This document shows positions 1-10,335 of a stretch of 64,000 nucleotides of DNA, one piece after another. Positions within the stretch are counted from its first letter, which is position 1. Each line of letters begins with the position of its first letter. Position numbers and translations under genes: made by a program. This DNA comes from Vulcanimicrobiota bacterium (GTDB taxonomy: Bacteria > Vulcanimicrobiota > Vulcanimicrobiia > Vulcanimicrobiales > Vulcanimicrobiaceae), in contig CAWETW010000002.1 of NCBI GenBank assembly GCA_963812155.1, positions 160,001 to 224,000 on the forward strand. The letters run 5' to 3'. Under the pieces are notes generated by a model. That model saw only the letters and a program-made list of their open reading frames with translations. It was not told the DNA's origin and ran no database searches.

Positions 1-1145
1 TCTTCCGGTTCGATCTCGCCGAGGAGTCTAAGAAACTTGGCGAGCGGATGGGCTTCAAGCCGGAGGTTCCCGCCGGCGTATTCGGAGCCTACACGGTTAA
101 CAGCATTCGCGCGATTCGGTTGAACGCCGACGGAATGGCCGGACGAACCGTCGGGCACGTCGAGGACGGTTTCGAGCAGCGTGGCCAACGCGTTTTCGTC
201 GCGGCGTTTAGACGGGACGATCGGATTACGACCGCTTCCCGAAGTGACGTGCTGCGAGAAGGCGACGTCATTGCGCTGGCGGGGCCGTCTGAAACCGTGA
301 TTCCGGAAGCCTCCGGAAAGGAAGTGCACGACCCGACACTGCTCGACATACCGCTTGCGCAGCTCGACGTGGTCGTTACAAATCCAGCCTTGGCCGGCCG
401 TACCGTGGAAGAGATTATGACTGGGCGGGCGCGGGGAGTCGTGCTCAAAAAGATTACCCGCAGTACGCTCGACGTTCCGGTTCTTCCGCGCACGGTGTTC
501 GAACGGGGTGACACGTTACAGATCGCCGGCTTTCAAGCCAGCGTCGAAGCGGCCGCCAAGGTAATCGGCTACCCGTTGCGGCCATCGGCTTCCGCGGACG
601 TCGTCTTCGTCGCTACCGCGATCGTCATCGGCGTATTGGTCGGGTCGCTTAGCATCGTCGTCGGCGGCATTCCAATCGGCTTAGGCGGCAGCGTCGGCGC
701 TCTGGTCGCAGGGCTTGTCGGCGGCTATTTGCGCGCGAGATACCCGACCTTCGGCAACATATCGCCGGGCGCGCAGTGGGCGTTTGACTCGTTTGCGCTC
801 ACCGTCTTCGTCGCCGTCGTCGGCATTCAGGCCGGTCCGGGCTTCATCGCCGGCATTCAATCCGTCGGCTTGCCGCTCGTCGCCGGCGGCGTTCTGATAC
901 CCCTCGTTTCGTTGCTGATCGCGGCCGTCTTTGGGAAGTACGCACTGCGGCTCAACAACGTGATACTCTGCGGCGCGCTCGCGGGAGCGGACACCTCGAC
1001 CGCCTCGTTCGGTGCCGTTCAAGATGTTGCCAAGAGCAATCTCGTCACCCTCGGATACACGATAACCTACGCCATCGGCAACGTCTTGTTGACGGTTTGG
1101 GGCACGGTGATCGTCGCAATTTTTGCTCGCAGGACCGCCATTTAA
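1..1145 (+). CDS. aspT: Aspartate:alanine antiporter AspT/YidE family (5'-truncated by window edge)
   Basis: Frame open from base 3. TrkA_C-like cytoplasmic repeats, then a hydrophobic C-terminus ending GYTITYAIGNVLLTVWG typical of AspT; directly upstream of aspD. Confidence 0.88.
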   Translation, partial: FRFDLAEESKKLGERMGFKPEVPAGVFGAYTVNSIRAIRLNADGMAGRTVGHVEDGFEQRGQRVFVAAFRRDDRITTASRSDVLREGDVIALAGPSETVIPEASGKEVHDPTLLDIPLAQLDVVVTNPALAGRTVEEIMTGRARGVVLKKITRSTLDVPVLPRTVFERGDTLQIAGFQASVEAAAKVIGYPLRPSASADVVFVATAIVIGVLVGSLSIVVGGIPIGLGGSVGALVAGLVGGYLRARYPTFGNISPGAQWAFDSFALTVFVAVVGIQAGPGFIAGIQSVGLPLVAGGVLIPLVSLLIAAVFGKYALRLNNVILCGALAGADTSTASFGAVQDVAKSNLVTLGYTITYAIGNVLLTVWGTVIVAIFARRTAI

Positions 1146-1157
1146 GGAGTAACCGTC

Positions 1158-2786
1158 ATGGCCACCCAATCGACCGAATCCGATCCTCTCGAACGCTTTC
1201 GCAGGTTTGAGACGCTCAGCCCCTTCGAACTCAAAGACGATCTGATCAAACTTGCAAAGGATCCGGAGAGCGTTCACGTGTTCCTCGATGCGGGGCGCGG
1301 CAATCCAAACTGGATCGCCACGACGCCGCGCGAGGCATACTTTCTCTTTGGACGGTTCGGCATCGAAGAGTCGAAGCGGGTTTGGGACGAGCCCGGCCTC
1401 GGAGGAATGCCCAAGAAAGACGGGATCGGCGCGCGATTCGACGACTTCGTGAAGCGGAACGCGAGCGAGCCGGGCGCGGCCGCGCTCAAAACGAGCGTCG
1501 AGTACGGCGTGCAGAAACTGGGCTTCGACAAGGACGCATGGCTCCACGAACTCGCGGATGCGATCATCGGCGACATGTATCCGGTACCCATGCGCATGGG
1601 CCGCCACATGGAGCAGGTCGTGCGCGCATACCTCGTTCGCGAGATGTGCGGCGACTCGCCGCCTCCAGGCACGTACGACGTCTTTGCGGTCGAAGGCGGA
1701 ACCGCAGCCATGTGCTACATCTTCGACTCGCTGATGGTCAACGGTCTGCTCAAGCGCGGAGACCGAATAGCATTGGCGGTGCCGACCTTCACGCCGTATC
1801 TCGAGATCGCGCATCTCGACAAGTACGCGTTTGAAACCGTGGAAATCGACGCGAGCGGCACGTACGACTCCGGCGCGCATTCGTGGCAATATCCCGACGC
1901 CGAGATCGACAAGCTGCTCGACCCCAAGATCAAGGCCTTCTTCGTAGTCAACCCGAGCAACCCGCCGTCGTACGCACTACAGCGCTCGACGCTCGAGCGC
2001 ATCGCGAGGATCGTGCGCGAGCAACGCAAAGACCTCATCATCATCACCGACGACGTCTATGGCACGTTCGTCGAGGGCTTCGAGTCTCTCATGAAATACG
2101 CGCCCCGCAACACGATCACGGTCTACTCCTACTCGAAATACTTCGGTTGCACCGGCTGGCGTCTCGGCGTCATCGCAATCCATCAAGACAACGTCTTCGA
2201 AGAAATGATCGCAGCGCTGCCCGAGCCGGAGAGGGTCCGCCTACGCAAGCGGTACAGCCCGCTCACGCTCACGCCCGACACGATCAAGTTCATCGACCGC
2301 CTCGTCGCCGACAGCCGTCAAGTCGCACTGAATCATACCGCCGGACTCTCGATGCCGCAGCAGGTGATGATGACCTTCTTCTCGCTCTCGGCCCTCACCG
2401 ACTCGAAGAACGCCTACCGCGACCTCACGCGCCTTATTTGCAAGCGGCGCATGGAACTGCTTTGGAAGGGGTTGAATCTGCCGCTCGTTCCCGACGCGAA
2501 TCGGGCGGACTACTACTCGACCTTGGACCTCATGAAGTGGGCCGAACTCACGTATGGCGATAAATTCATGAAGTTCCTCGTCGACAACTACCACCCGCTG
2601 CAGATCGTTTTTGCGCTGGCGACCTTCCATTCGATCGTGTTGCTCAACGGCAGCGGCTTTGGAGCCCCGGATTGGTCGGTACGCGTCTCGCTGGCAAATC
2701 TACCCGACGAGGCATATGGCGAGATCGGTGCCGATCTCTCCAACGTCGCGCAGACTGCGCTCGAGCGGTGGAAGAGCCAAGGATGA
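1158..2786 (+). CDS. aspD: Aspartate 4(beta)-decarboxylase, PLP-dependent
   Basis: LSPFELKD, DAGRGNPNW, EGGTAAMCY, NPSNP, TDDVY, SYSKYFGCTGWRLG, ALNHTAGLS motifs; SD AAGGAG. Confidence 0.95.
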   Translation: MATQSTESDPLERFRRFETLSPFELKDDLIKLAKDPESVHVFLDAGRGNPNWIATTPREAYFLFGRFGIEESKRVWDEPGLGGMPKKDGIGARFDDFVKRNASEPGAAALKTSVEYGVQKLGFDKDAWLHELADAIIGDMYPVPMRMGRHMEQVVRAYLVREMCGDSPPPGTYDVFAVEGGTAAMCYIFDSLMVNGLLKRGDRIALAVPTFTPYLEIAHLDKYAFETVEIDASGTYDSGAHSWQYPDAEIDKLLDPKIKAFFVVNPSNPPSYALQRSTLERIARIVREQRKDLIIITDDVYGTFVEGFESLMKYAPRNTITVYSYSKYFGCTGWRLGVIAIHQDNVFEEMIAALPEPERVRLRKRYSPLTLTPDTIKFIDRLVADSRQVALNHTAGLSMPQQVMMTFFSLSALTDSKNAYRDLTRLICKRRMELLWKGLNLPLVPDANRADYYSTLDLMKWAELTYGDKFMKFLVDNYHPLQIVFALATFHSIVLLNGSGFGAPDWSVRVSLANLPDEAYGEIGADLSNVAQTALERWKSQG

Positions 2787-3949
2787 TTCGCGTTTTCGCC
2801 GCGGGCCTTCTGCTCGGAGTTTGCGTCGTAACCGCCGGCTGCGGCCACGGCAATGAGGCGAACGAAGCAAACGTCGCGCCCCCGCCGCCGACCGTGGTCG
2901 TGCAGACCGTTCGCCGCGAAACCGTGCCCATCGCCGAAGACTACGAAGGCACCTTCGGATCGGTCGAGAGCGTGGAGATTCGCGCGCGAGTCGAGGGAAC
3001 GCTGGACCGCGCGCCGTTCAAAGAAGGCGACCTCGTGCGTAGAGGCGATCTCGTTTTCGAGATCCAGCAGAACGAGTATATCGCCGCGCTTCGAGCGGCA
3101 CAGGCTCAACGCGCACAAGCGCGCGGGAATCTGTTCGCACGCCAGGCCGCACTCGCACGTGCGAACACGACGGTCGCGCGAAACCGGCCACTTGCCGCCG
3201 ACAGAGCGATACCGCAAAAAGACCTCGACAATGCGATTCAAAACGCCGAAATCGCGAAGGGCGACGTTCTGGTCGCACAGGCCCAGATTGCGTCGGCGCA
3301 GGCTGCCGTCGACAACGCGCAGATCAATCTCGGCTACACGACGATCTACGCGCCGGTGACCGGCTTGATCGGATTCCTCAACTACGACGTCGGCAACGTC
3401 GTCGGCGGACAGGGTACGCAAGTGCTCGACACGATAAACTCGATCGATCCCATCAAAGTCAACTTCGCGTTGGACGAGCCGACGTACTTGGCCTTGTCGC
3501 GCAACCGGACTGACCCCAACGTCAGCGGGCTGAGATCTCAAGAGTTGAGAATCATCTTGGCAAACGACCAGAGCTACGCTTACCCAGGAACGATTTACGC
3601 TTTTAGTCCCACGGTCGACCCGAAGACGGGGACGATCAACGTCGAAGCGAGGTTCCCCAATCCCGAGGGTCTCCTTCGCCCGGGCGGTTTTGCTCGGGTG
3701 CGCGTCGTCGTCGAAAACCGGCGCGATGCGTTGCTCGTACCCCAAACGGCAATCACGAAGTCGCAAGGCGTCGATACGGTCTATGTCGTCAACTCGAAGA
3801 ACGAAGTCGTACTTCGGTCGGTCACACTCGGCACTCAATATAAGCAGTCGTTCGTCGTGAATTCCGGGATCAATTCCGGAGATCGCGTCATCGTCGAGGG
3901 TACGCAGAAAGTGCAACCCGGTGTGAAAGTCACCGTAAAGGGAAAATAG
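2783..3949 (+). CDS. RND efflux periplasmic adaptor (MFP) lipoprotein
   Basis: ATG overlaps aspD stop (ATGA); lipobox TAGC; VEIRARVEG and NLGYTTIYAPVTG motifs. Confidence 0.92.
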   Translation: MIRVFAAGLLLGVCVVTAGCGHGNEANEANVAPPPPTVVVQTVRRETVPIAEDYEGTFGSVESVEIRARVEGTLDRAPFKEGDLVRRGDLVFEIQQNEYIAALRAAQAQRAQARGNLFARQAALARANTTVARNRPLAADRAIPQKDLDNAIQNAEIAKGDVLVAQAQIASAQAAVDNAQINLGYTTIYAPVTGLIGFLNYDVGNVVGGQGTQVLDTINSIDPIKVNFALDEPTYLALSRNRTDPNVSGLRSQELRIILANDQSYAYPGTIYAFSPTVDPKTGTINVEARFPNPEGLLRPGGFARVRVVVENRRDALLVPQTAITKSQGVDTVYVVNSKNEVVLRSVTLGTQYKQSFVVNSGINSGDRVIVEGTQKVQPGVKVTVKGK

Positions 3950-3951
3950 CG

Positions 3952-6900
3952 GTGGCACACTTCTTCATAACCCGGCCGATCTTCGCGATCGTCCTATCCA
4001 TCGTGATCGTCATACTGGGGGGCGTCGCGATCCTCGTGCTTCCGGTGGCGCAATTCCCGCCGATCTCGCCGCCCCTCATTCAAGTGCAAACGACCTACAT
4101 CGGTGCGAGCGCTTCGGTCGTGGAGCAATCGGTCGCGTCGGAGATCGAGAACGAGGTCGTCGGCGTCGACAACCTGATTTACATGCAGTCGACCAGCTCG
4201 TCGAGCGGTCAGTATACGCTCAACTGCACGTTCAAAGTCGGTGCGGACATTCAAAAGGCGCTGATCGACGTGCAAAACCGCGTCGGGCAAGCCACCGGAA
4301 AGCTACCCGAATCGGTCAATCGGTTCGGGATCACGGTTCAAAAGAAATCGCCCCAGATCTTGATGGTGCTTGCGCTCTACTCACCAACCAATTCGTACGA
4401 CCGCCTCTTTCTCAGCAACTACATGACGCTCAATCTGATCAACCCGCTGCTCTCCGTTCCGGGCATCGGCGGCGAGAACACCATCGGGGATCAAGACTAC
4501 GCGATGCGCGCCTGGGTGCGCCCCGACCGATTGGCCAAATTTGGTTTGCAAGCGAGCGACCTTGCCGACGCGGTCAGCAAGCAGAACGTGCTGATTCCGA
4601 CGGGTGCCGTCGGCGCGCTGCCGGCTCCGAAGAACAATCAATTCCAACTTTCCGTCAACGCGCAAGGCCGGCTCGTCGATCCCAAGCAGTTCGGAAACGT
4701 CGTCGTCCGCTCCAATCCGGATGGATCGATCTTGCGCTTGCGCGACGTTGCGAGAGTCGAACTGGGCGCACAACTTTATCAGACGCTCGGATCGCTCAAC
4801 GGGCGACCCGCTACCCTCGTAATTCTGTATCAAACTCCCGATGCTAACGCGCTGACGACCGTAAAAGCGATCCGGACGAAAATGGAGGACCTCTCCAAAG
4901 CGTTTCCGCCGAGCTTGAAGTATGCGATCGCCTACGACAGTACGCTCTTCGTCAAGGATTCCATCAAAGACGTCATCAAGACGCTTTTCGAAGCGATCGC
5001 GCTCGTCATCATCGTCGTTTTCATCTTCTTGGGCAGTTTCCGATCTTCGTTCATTCCGATGCTGGCCGTTCCGGTTTCGCTCATCGGAACGTTCATCGCA
5101 TTCCTTCCACTCGGGTTTAGCGTCAACACGCTGACGCTTTTTGGGTTGGTGCTCGCAATCGGCATCGTCGTCGACGATGCGATCGTCGTGGTGGAGGGCG
5201 CCGAGCATCACATCGAAGCGGGGCTCGAGCCGTTGGCAGCCGTCGAAAGGGCGATGAAAGAACTCACCGCGCCGATCCTCGGCATCTCGCTCGTTCTCAC
5301 GTCGGTTTTCTTGCCGTCGGCCTTCATTAGCGGCATCACGGGCCAGCTCTATCGGCAGTTCGCGCTCACCATCACGATTTCGGTCAATCTTTCGGCGATC
5401 GTCGCGCTCACGCTGACGCCGGCACTCTGCGCGATCATTCTTCGCAAGCGAACGCGCATGTGGGGACCTCTTGGATGGTTCATCGACCACTTCAACAACA
5501 TTTTTGGAGCGGTAACGAAGGGCTACATGGGGCTGCTAAACTGGCTCATGCGCCGGGTAATTCTGGTCATTGGATTGCTTGCCGCATTCTACGTGCTCGT
5601 CGCACTGCTCGGCATGAAGCTGCCGGGCGGCTTCGTGCCGGATGAGGATCAAGGCGTCGTCTACGCTTTGGCGCAGCTTCCCTACGGCTCATCGTTGGAT
5701 CGTAACGCCGCAGTCGTCGCTAAGATGGAAAACGATTTGAAGTCGGTTCACGGCGTTGCCGACGTCATCTCGCTTGCCGGTTATAATTTGCTGACGTTCA
5801 TTCAGTCGCCGGACACGTCGAGTTTCATCGTCGTGCTGCATCCTTGGGAGGAACGAACCAAAGAGCACCTGACGCTGCACGATATCGTTGCCCAAATCGG
5901 CCAGAAGATGAACGCCTATCCCCAAGCAGCGTCGTTCACGTTCGTGCCGCCGACGATCCCGGGACTTGGGAACGCGTCGGGCTTCGCCTTCGAGCTACAA
6001 GACACCGGCGGTCACACGGTCGACCAGCTCGCCACCGTTGCGGACAAGGTCGTCGCCGAAGCGCGCAAGCGGCCGGAGCTTACGGCGATCAACAATACGA
6101 TGCGAACTTCGGTCCCGCAGCTCCAGCTCGACGTCAATCGCGACAACGCTGCCACGAGAGGCGTGGCGGTGAGCGACGTTTTCAAGCAGCTGCAGGCGTG
6201 GCTCGGCGGCATGGTCGTTGACGAGTTTACCTACTTCAATCGAACGTGGGACGTGATGATTCAAGCGGAGCCGCAGTATCGTGCGACTCAAAATAGCATC
6301 TCGTCGATTTACGTTCGCAATAACACCGGTCAAATGGTGCCGCTGCGAGCGGTATCGACGGTACGCCGCGGCCTCGGCGCCGATTTCATTCAGCGCTTCA
6401 ACACGAACCGCGAGATCGAGATATTCGGCGCGAATTCCGCGGGGTATAGCACGGGACAGGCAATCGCCGCGATGACCGAGGTCGCGAAAAAGACCGTACC
6501 GGCCGGTTACACGTACGGTTGGTCCGGCACGGCCTACCAAGAAGTCGCCGTCGGCAATACGCAAAACATCATCTTCGCGTTTTCGGTACTGCTCGTCTTC
6601 TTGTCGCTCGCGGCGCAGTATGAAAGCTGGGTGATGCCGCTGGCCGTTCTCCTCGCGGTCCCGACCGGCATCTTCGGCGCGTTTCTTTCGGTGCTCTTGT
6701 GGCGGCTCGATAACAACGTCTACGTGCAAATCGGCATGATTTTGGTGATCGGACTCGCGGCGAAGAACGCCGTGCTGATCGTCGAGTTCGCGCGCGAGCG
6801 GCGCGCCCACGGCGCCTCGATTGCGGAGGCGGCGAGGGACGCGGCTCGCCTGCGCTTCCGGCCGATCCTCATGACGTCATTCGCGTTCATCATCGGCGTC

Positions 6901-7116
6901 ATTCCGTTGATGTTTGCGCACGGTGCCGGCGCGGCATCGAGACACTCGCTAGGCTCGACCGTCTTTGCCGGCATGCTCGCGGCAACGTGTTTCGGCATTT
7001 TCTTCACGCCGTCTCTCTACGAGCTCTTCCAGCGGTTCGCCGAGCGCAAGAAAACCAAGACCAAATCCGACGTGTCGGCGGAAGCCGCGATTCCCCCGAG
7101 CGAAGAACCGGCATGA
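3952..7116 (+). CDS. RND efflux permease (AcrB/HAE1 family)
   Basis: FFITRPIFA start, GIVVDDAIVVVE, GLAAKNAVLIVEFA, RFRPILMTS; 1054 aa. Confidence 0.96.
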   Translation: MAHFFITRPIFAIVLSIVIVILGGVAILVLPVAQFPPISPPLIQVQTTYIGASASVVEQSVASEIENEVVGVDNLIYMQSTSSSSGQYTLNCTFKVGADIQKALIDVQNRVGQATGKLPESVNRFGITVQKKSPQILMVLALYSPTNSYDRLFLSNYMTLNLINPLLSVPGIGGENTIGDQDYAMRAWVRPDRLAKFGLQASDLADAVSKQNVLIPTGAVGALPAPKNNQFQLSVNAQGRLVDPKQFGNVVVRSNPDGSILRLRDVARVELGAQLYQTLGSLNGRPATLVILYQTPDANALTTVKAIRTKMEDLSKAFPPSLKYAIAYDSTLFVKDSIKDVIKTLFEAIALVIIVVFIFLGSFRSSFIPMLAVPVSLIGTFIAFLPLGFSVNTLTLFGLVLAIGIVVDDAIVVVEGAEHHIEAGLEPLAAVERAMKELTAPILGISLVLTSVFLPSAFISGITGQLYRQFALTITISVNLSAIVALTLTPALCAIILRKRTRMWGPLGWFIDHFNNIFGAVTKGYMGLLNWLMRRVILVIGLLAAFYVLVALLGMKLPGGFVPDEDQGVVYALAQLPYGSSLDRNAAVVAKMENDLKSVHGVADVISLAGYNLLTFIQSPDTSSFIVVLHPWEERTKEHLTLHDIVAQIGQKMNAYPQAASFTFVPPTIPGLGNASGFAFELQDTGGHTVDQLATVADKVVAEARKRPELTAINNTMRTSVPQLQLDVNRDNAATRGVAVSDVFKQLQAWLGGMVVDEFTYFNRTWDVMIQAEPQYRATQNSISSIYVRNNTGQMVPLRAVSTVRRGLGADFIQRFNTNREIEIFGANSAGYSTGQAIAAMTEVAKKTVPAGYTYGWSGTAYQEVAVGNTQNIIFAFSVLLVFLSLAAQYESWVMPLAVLLAVPTGIFGAFLSVLLWRLDNNVYVQIGMILVIGLAAKNAVLIVEFARERRAHGASIAEAARDAARLRFRPILMTSFAFIIGVIPLMFAHGAGAASRHSLGSTVFAGMLAATCFGIFFTPSLYELFQRFAERKKTKTKSDVSAEAAIPPSEEPA

Positions 7117-8549
7117 AATTCGTCGTCGCGCTGATCGCGCTCGTTCAGCTCATCGCATCGTGCGTTCCGCCGACACCGTCGGCCCCGCCGAACGCAGAGA
7201 TGCCGCAGGTGTATCGCGGCGAAGCATCCACGGCTTCGTCGCTGGGCGATCTCCCTTGGCGCAAGTTGTACGAAGACCCGGTGCTGCAGGGACTCATCGA
7301 GAAGGCCCTGGCACGCAACTTCGACGTGGAAATCGCCTACGCGTCGATCCTCGAAGCCGAGGCAACCCTCGGAATCACCGCTGCGAATCAGTCCGTGTTC
7401 GTCAACGGAAATGTCCAGGCACCCTATCAGGCAACGGCCGGTGGGAAACCACCCGGCACTCCCAACTCCGAGTTCTATCCGCAGCTGGGAATCGGGGCGA
7501 GCTATCAGGTCGACCTTTTCGGCAAACTCGCGTCGGCGACGGGCGCTGCGCGCAACCGGCTTCTCTCCACCGATGCAGCAAAAAACACCGTTCTCGCGAC
7601 GGTCGTGGCGCAGGTCGCAAGCGACTATTTTCAGCTGCTCGAACTCGACGACGTTTTGAAGCTCACCCAACGAGCGATACCCGTGCGGCAGGAAAACGTG
7701 CGCCTCATGAAGCTGCGCGTTGAAGGCGGCGAATCCTCGGCGCAAGATTTGAGACAAGCCGAGCAATCGCTCTACGAAGTCACGCAGAACGAACCGACGA
7801 TTCGGCAAAACATCGCAAAAACCGAGAACGCTCTCGCCGTGTTGACCGGCGATTATCCGCACGACATCCAGCGGGGCTTGCCGTTGGAGAAACAGGTGCC
7901 GATGCCGGCGGTTCCGCAAACGGGCGTGACCAGCGAACTACTGCAGCGCCGTCCGGATATCGTTCAGGCCGAATATGCGATCGCCGCGGCGGCCGGCGAC
8001 GTCGACGTCGCGCGCAAGCTGCTCTATCCGTCGCTGACGCTCGGCGCCTCCGCCGCGGCGGCGGGGAGCGTCGTTCACGGCCAATACGCCAACGAGCCGC
8101 CGGCGCTCGAACCGCTGTCGGCCATCAATGGGGTTTTCTACGGGCCGTTCGGTCTCTTTTCGATCGTCGCGCAGCTCCTCCAGCCGATCTTCAACGGCGG
8201 CCAGATCAAATCGCAAATTCACCTGGCGCAGGCGCAACAGCAGCAAATCACGGTCTCGTATCTGCAAACGGTCCACCGCGCTTTCGAAGAAGTCTCCGAC
8301 GACGTCGTTTCCTATAACGAGTCCCGGCTGCGCACCGGACAACTCAAGCTCTATGAGGGTGCTTCTCTCGACTCCGTACGGCTCGCGAACGAGCGCTATG
8401 AAAATGGCTACACCTCGTACCTCGAGGTGCTCGATGCGCAGACGCGCGCCTATCAGGCACAAACCGACGTTGCAGCAGGGCAGCTGAACGAACGTTTGGC
8501 GCTCGTACAGCTCTATCTCGCCCTCGGCGGCGGCTGGCAAACGCAATGA
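7113..8549 (+). CDS. Outer membrane efflux lipoprotein (OprM/NodT family)
   Basis: ATGA overlap with RND stop; lipobox [29 protein letters not shown]. Confidence 0.93.
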   Translation: MKFVVALIALVQLIASCVPPTPSAPPNAEMPQVYRGEASTASSLGDLPWRKLYEDPVLQGLIEKALARNFDVEIAYASILEAEATLGITAANQSVFVNGNVQAPYQATAGGKPPGTPNSEFYPQLGIGASYQVDLFGKLASATGAARNRLLSTDAAKNTVLATVVAQVASDYFQLLELDDVLKLTQRAIPVRQENVRLMKLRVEGGESSAQDLRQAEQSLYEVTQNEPTIRQNIAKTENALAVLTGDYPHDIQRGLPLEKQVPMPAVPQTGVTSELLQRRPDIVQAEYAIAAAAGDVDVARKLLYPSLTLGASAAAAGSVVHGQYANEPPALEPLSAINGVFYGPFGLFSIVAQLLQPIFNGGQIKSQIHLAQAQQQQITVSYLQTVHRAFEEVSDDVVSYNESRLRTGQLKLYEGASLDSVRLANERYENGYTSYLEVLDAQTRAYQAQTDVAAGQLNERLALVQLYLALGGGWQTQ

Positions 8550-8577
8550 CACAACTCACGCAACGACAGAGGTGCAC

Positions 8578-10284
8578 ATGGACTGGCTCGTAGCGACTCT
8601 CAAGCAATATCCGGAGATCGCGCTCTTCTTATCGCTCGGCATCGGTTACTGGGTCGGCGGCAAGAGTTTCAAGGGATTCAGCCTCGGCGCCGTCACGGCG
8701 ACGCTGCTTGCCGCGATCGCACTCGGGCAGCTCGGCATCAAGATCTCCGGCGACGTCAAATCCACGTTCTTCCTGATCTTCCTCTTTGCGATCGGTTACG
8801 GCGTCGGACCGCAGTTCATCAGAGGCATCACGAAGGACGGCATTCCGCAAGCGGTCTACGCTGCGATCGTCTGCGTATTCTGTCTGGGCGCATGCGTCAT
8901 CGTTGGGAAAGCCGCAGGTTACGATGCCGGAGCCGCGGCGGGCCTTTTTGCGGGATCTCAAACGATTTCGGCGTCGATGGGGCTGGCGACCGATGCGATC
9001 AACCGGCTCGCGCTCACGCCCGATAAGACGAAGGCGATGCTCGATATCATGCCGACGGCCTATGCCGTCACGTACATTTTCGGCACGGTTGGATCCGCCA
9101 TCGTCATCGCGATGCTCGGACCGATTCTGCTGCGCATCAATCCTCGCAAGGCCTGCAAGGAGTACGAGGCGTTGCATGGCGGCAAACGCGAGTTCGGCGG
9201 CCTCGGCGACGCGTGGCAGGCGTACGACGTGCGCGCTTTCTTGATTGCACCCGACGCGCAAGTCGTCGGCAAGACGGTGAGCGAGACCGAAGCGCTGCTC
9301 ACGGAGGCGACGAAGGCGCTGGGGAACCAGATGTACGTCTTGGCAGTGCGTCGAGGCGGAACGATCTCCGAAGCGACGAGCGACCTCGTTTTGCAGGCCG
9401 GAGACGTCGTATCCGTCGTCGGAGAACGAGATCAGGTGATCGCGCTGCTCGGCTACGCCAGCAAAGAGGTCGACGATCCCGAGCTGATCTCCGCGCCGAT
9501 CGAGGGCGTCGACGTCTACGTCACCAGCAAAGAGGCTGACGGAAAGACGTTGGCAGAACTTGGGGGCCTTCCGGGCGCGCGCGGTGTCTACGTCCGGCGA
9601 ATCAAACGCGGATTTACCGAGACGCCGATTCCCGTGCTCGGCGATACCAAGCTCTATCGAGGCGACGTCGTGACGTTGGTCGGGCGCACGCAGGACACGG
9701 CCGTCGCGGCCGCGGCACTGGGTGTCGTCGATCGCGCCACCGACGTCACCGATGTGGCGTTCATCGGCATCGCGATCACGATCGGCGCGCTGATCGGGGC
9801 GGTCGTCCTGAAAATCGGCGGGGTTCCGATTACGCTCTCGACGGCCGGCGGTGCGCTGATCTTAGGCATCGTCGCAGGATGGTACCGCGCGGTCCGCCCG
9901 ACCTTCGGCCGCATTCCGACGCCGACGTTGTGGTTCATGAACTCCGTCGGCCTCAACATGTTCATCGCGGTCATCGGTCTCACCGCCGGCCCCAAATTCG
10001 TCGCGGGTCTGCAGCAGCTGGGCTTCGGCCTCTTCTTGTGGGGCGTCGTCGCGACGACCGTGCCGCTGATCCTTGGCATGTATCTCGCAAAATACGTCTT
10101 CCGCTTCCACGACGCCATTACGCTCGGCGCGATTTCCGGAGCAAGAACGACGACGGCCTCGCTCGGGATGGTCTGCGACGCCGCGCAAAGCCAGGTCCCC
10201 GGACTCGGCTACACCGTTACCTATGCGGTCGGCAATACGCTACTCACGATTTGGGGCATGTTCATGGTCATGCTCGTGAAATGA
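8578..10284 (+). CDS. aspT: Second AspT/YidE-family antiporter
   Basis: [26 protein letters not shown], two TrkA_C-like domains, [17 protein letters not shown]. Confidence 0.88.
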   Translation: MDWLVATLKQYPEIALFLSLGIGYWVGGKSFKGFSLGAVTATLLAAIALGQLGIKISGDVKSTFFLIFLFAIGYGVGPQFIRGITKDGIPQAVYAAIVCVFCLGACVIVGKAAGYDAGAAAGLFAGSQTISASMGLATDAINRLALTPDKTKAMLDIMPTAYAVTYIFGTVGSAIVIAMLGPILLRINPRKACKEYEALHGGKREFGGLGDAWQAYDVRAFLIAPDAQVVGKTVSETEALLTEATKALGNQMYVLAVRRGGTISEATSDLVLQAGDVVSVVGERDQVIALLGYASKEVDDPELISAPIEGVDVYVTSKEADGKTLAELGGLPGARGVYVRRIKRGFTETPIPVLGDTKLYRGDVVTLVGRTQDTAVAAAALGVVDRATDVTDVAFIGIAITIGALIGAVVLKIGGVPITLSTAGGALILGIVAGWYRAVRPTFGRIPTPTLWFMNSVGLNMFIAVIGLTAGPKFVAGLQQLGFGLFLWGVVATTVPLILGMYLAKYVFRFHDAITLGAISGARTTTASLGMVCDAAQSQVPGLGYTVTYAVGNTLLTIWGMFMVMLVK

Positions 10285-10334
10285 CCGTGCGCAATTCATT
10301 TCTGCATCTAGTTCTGGTCATGCTGGGACGTTGA
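10281..10334 (+). CDS. Possible 17-aa hydrophobic micro-ORF ([17 protein letters not shown])
   Basis: ATG overlaps aspT stop (ATGA); stop lies 1 nt before the decarboxylase ATG. Confidence 0.3.
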   Translation: MTVRNSFLHLVLVMLGR

Positions 10335-10335
10335 C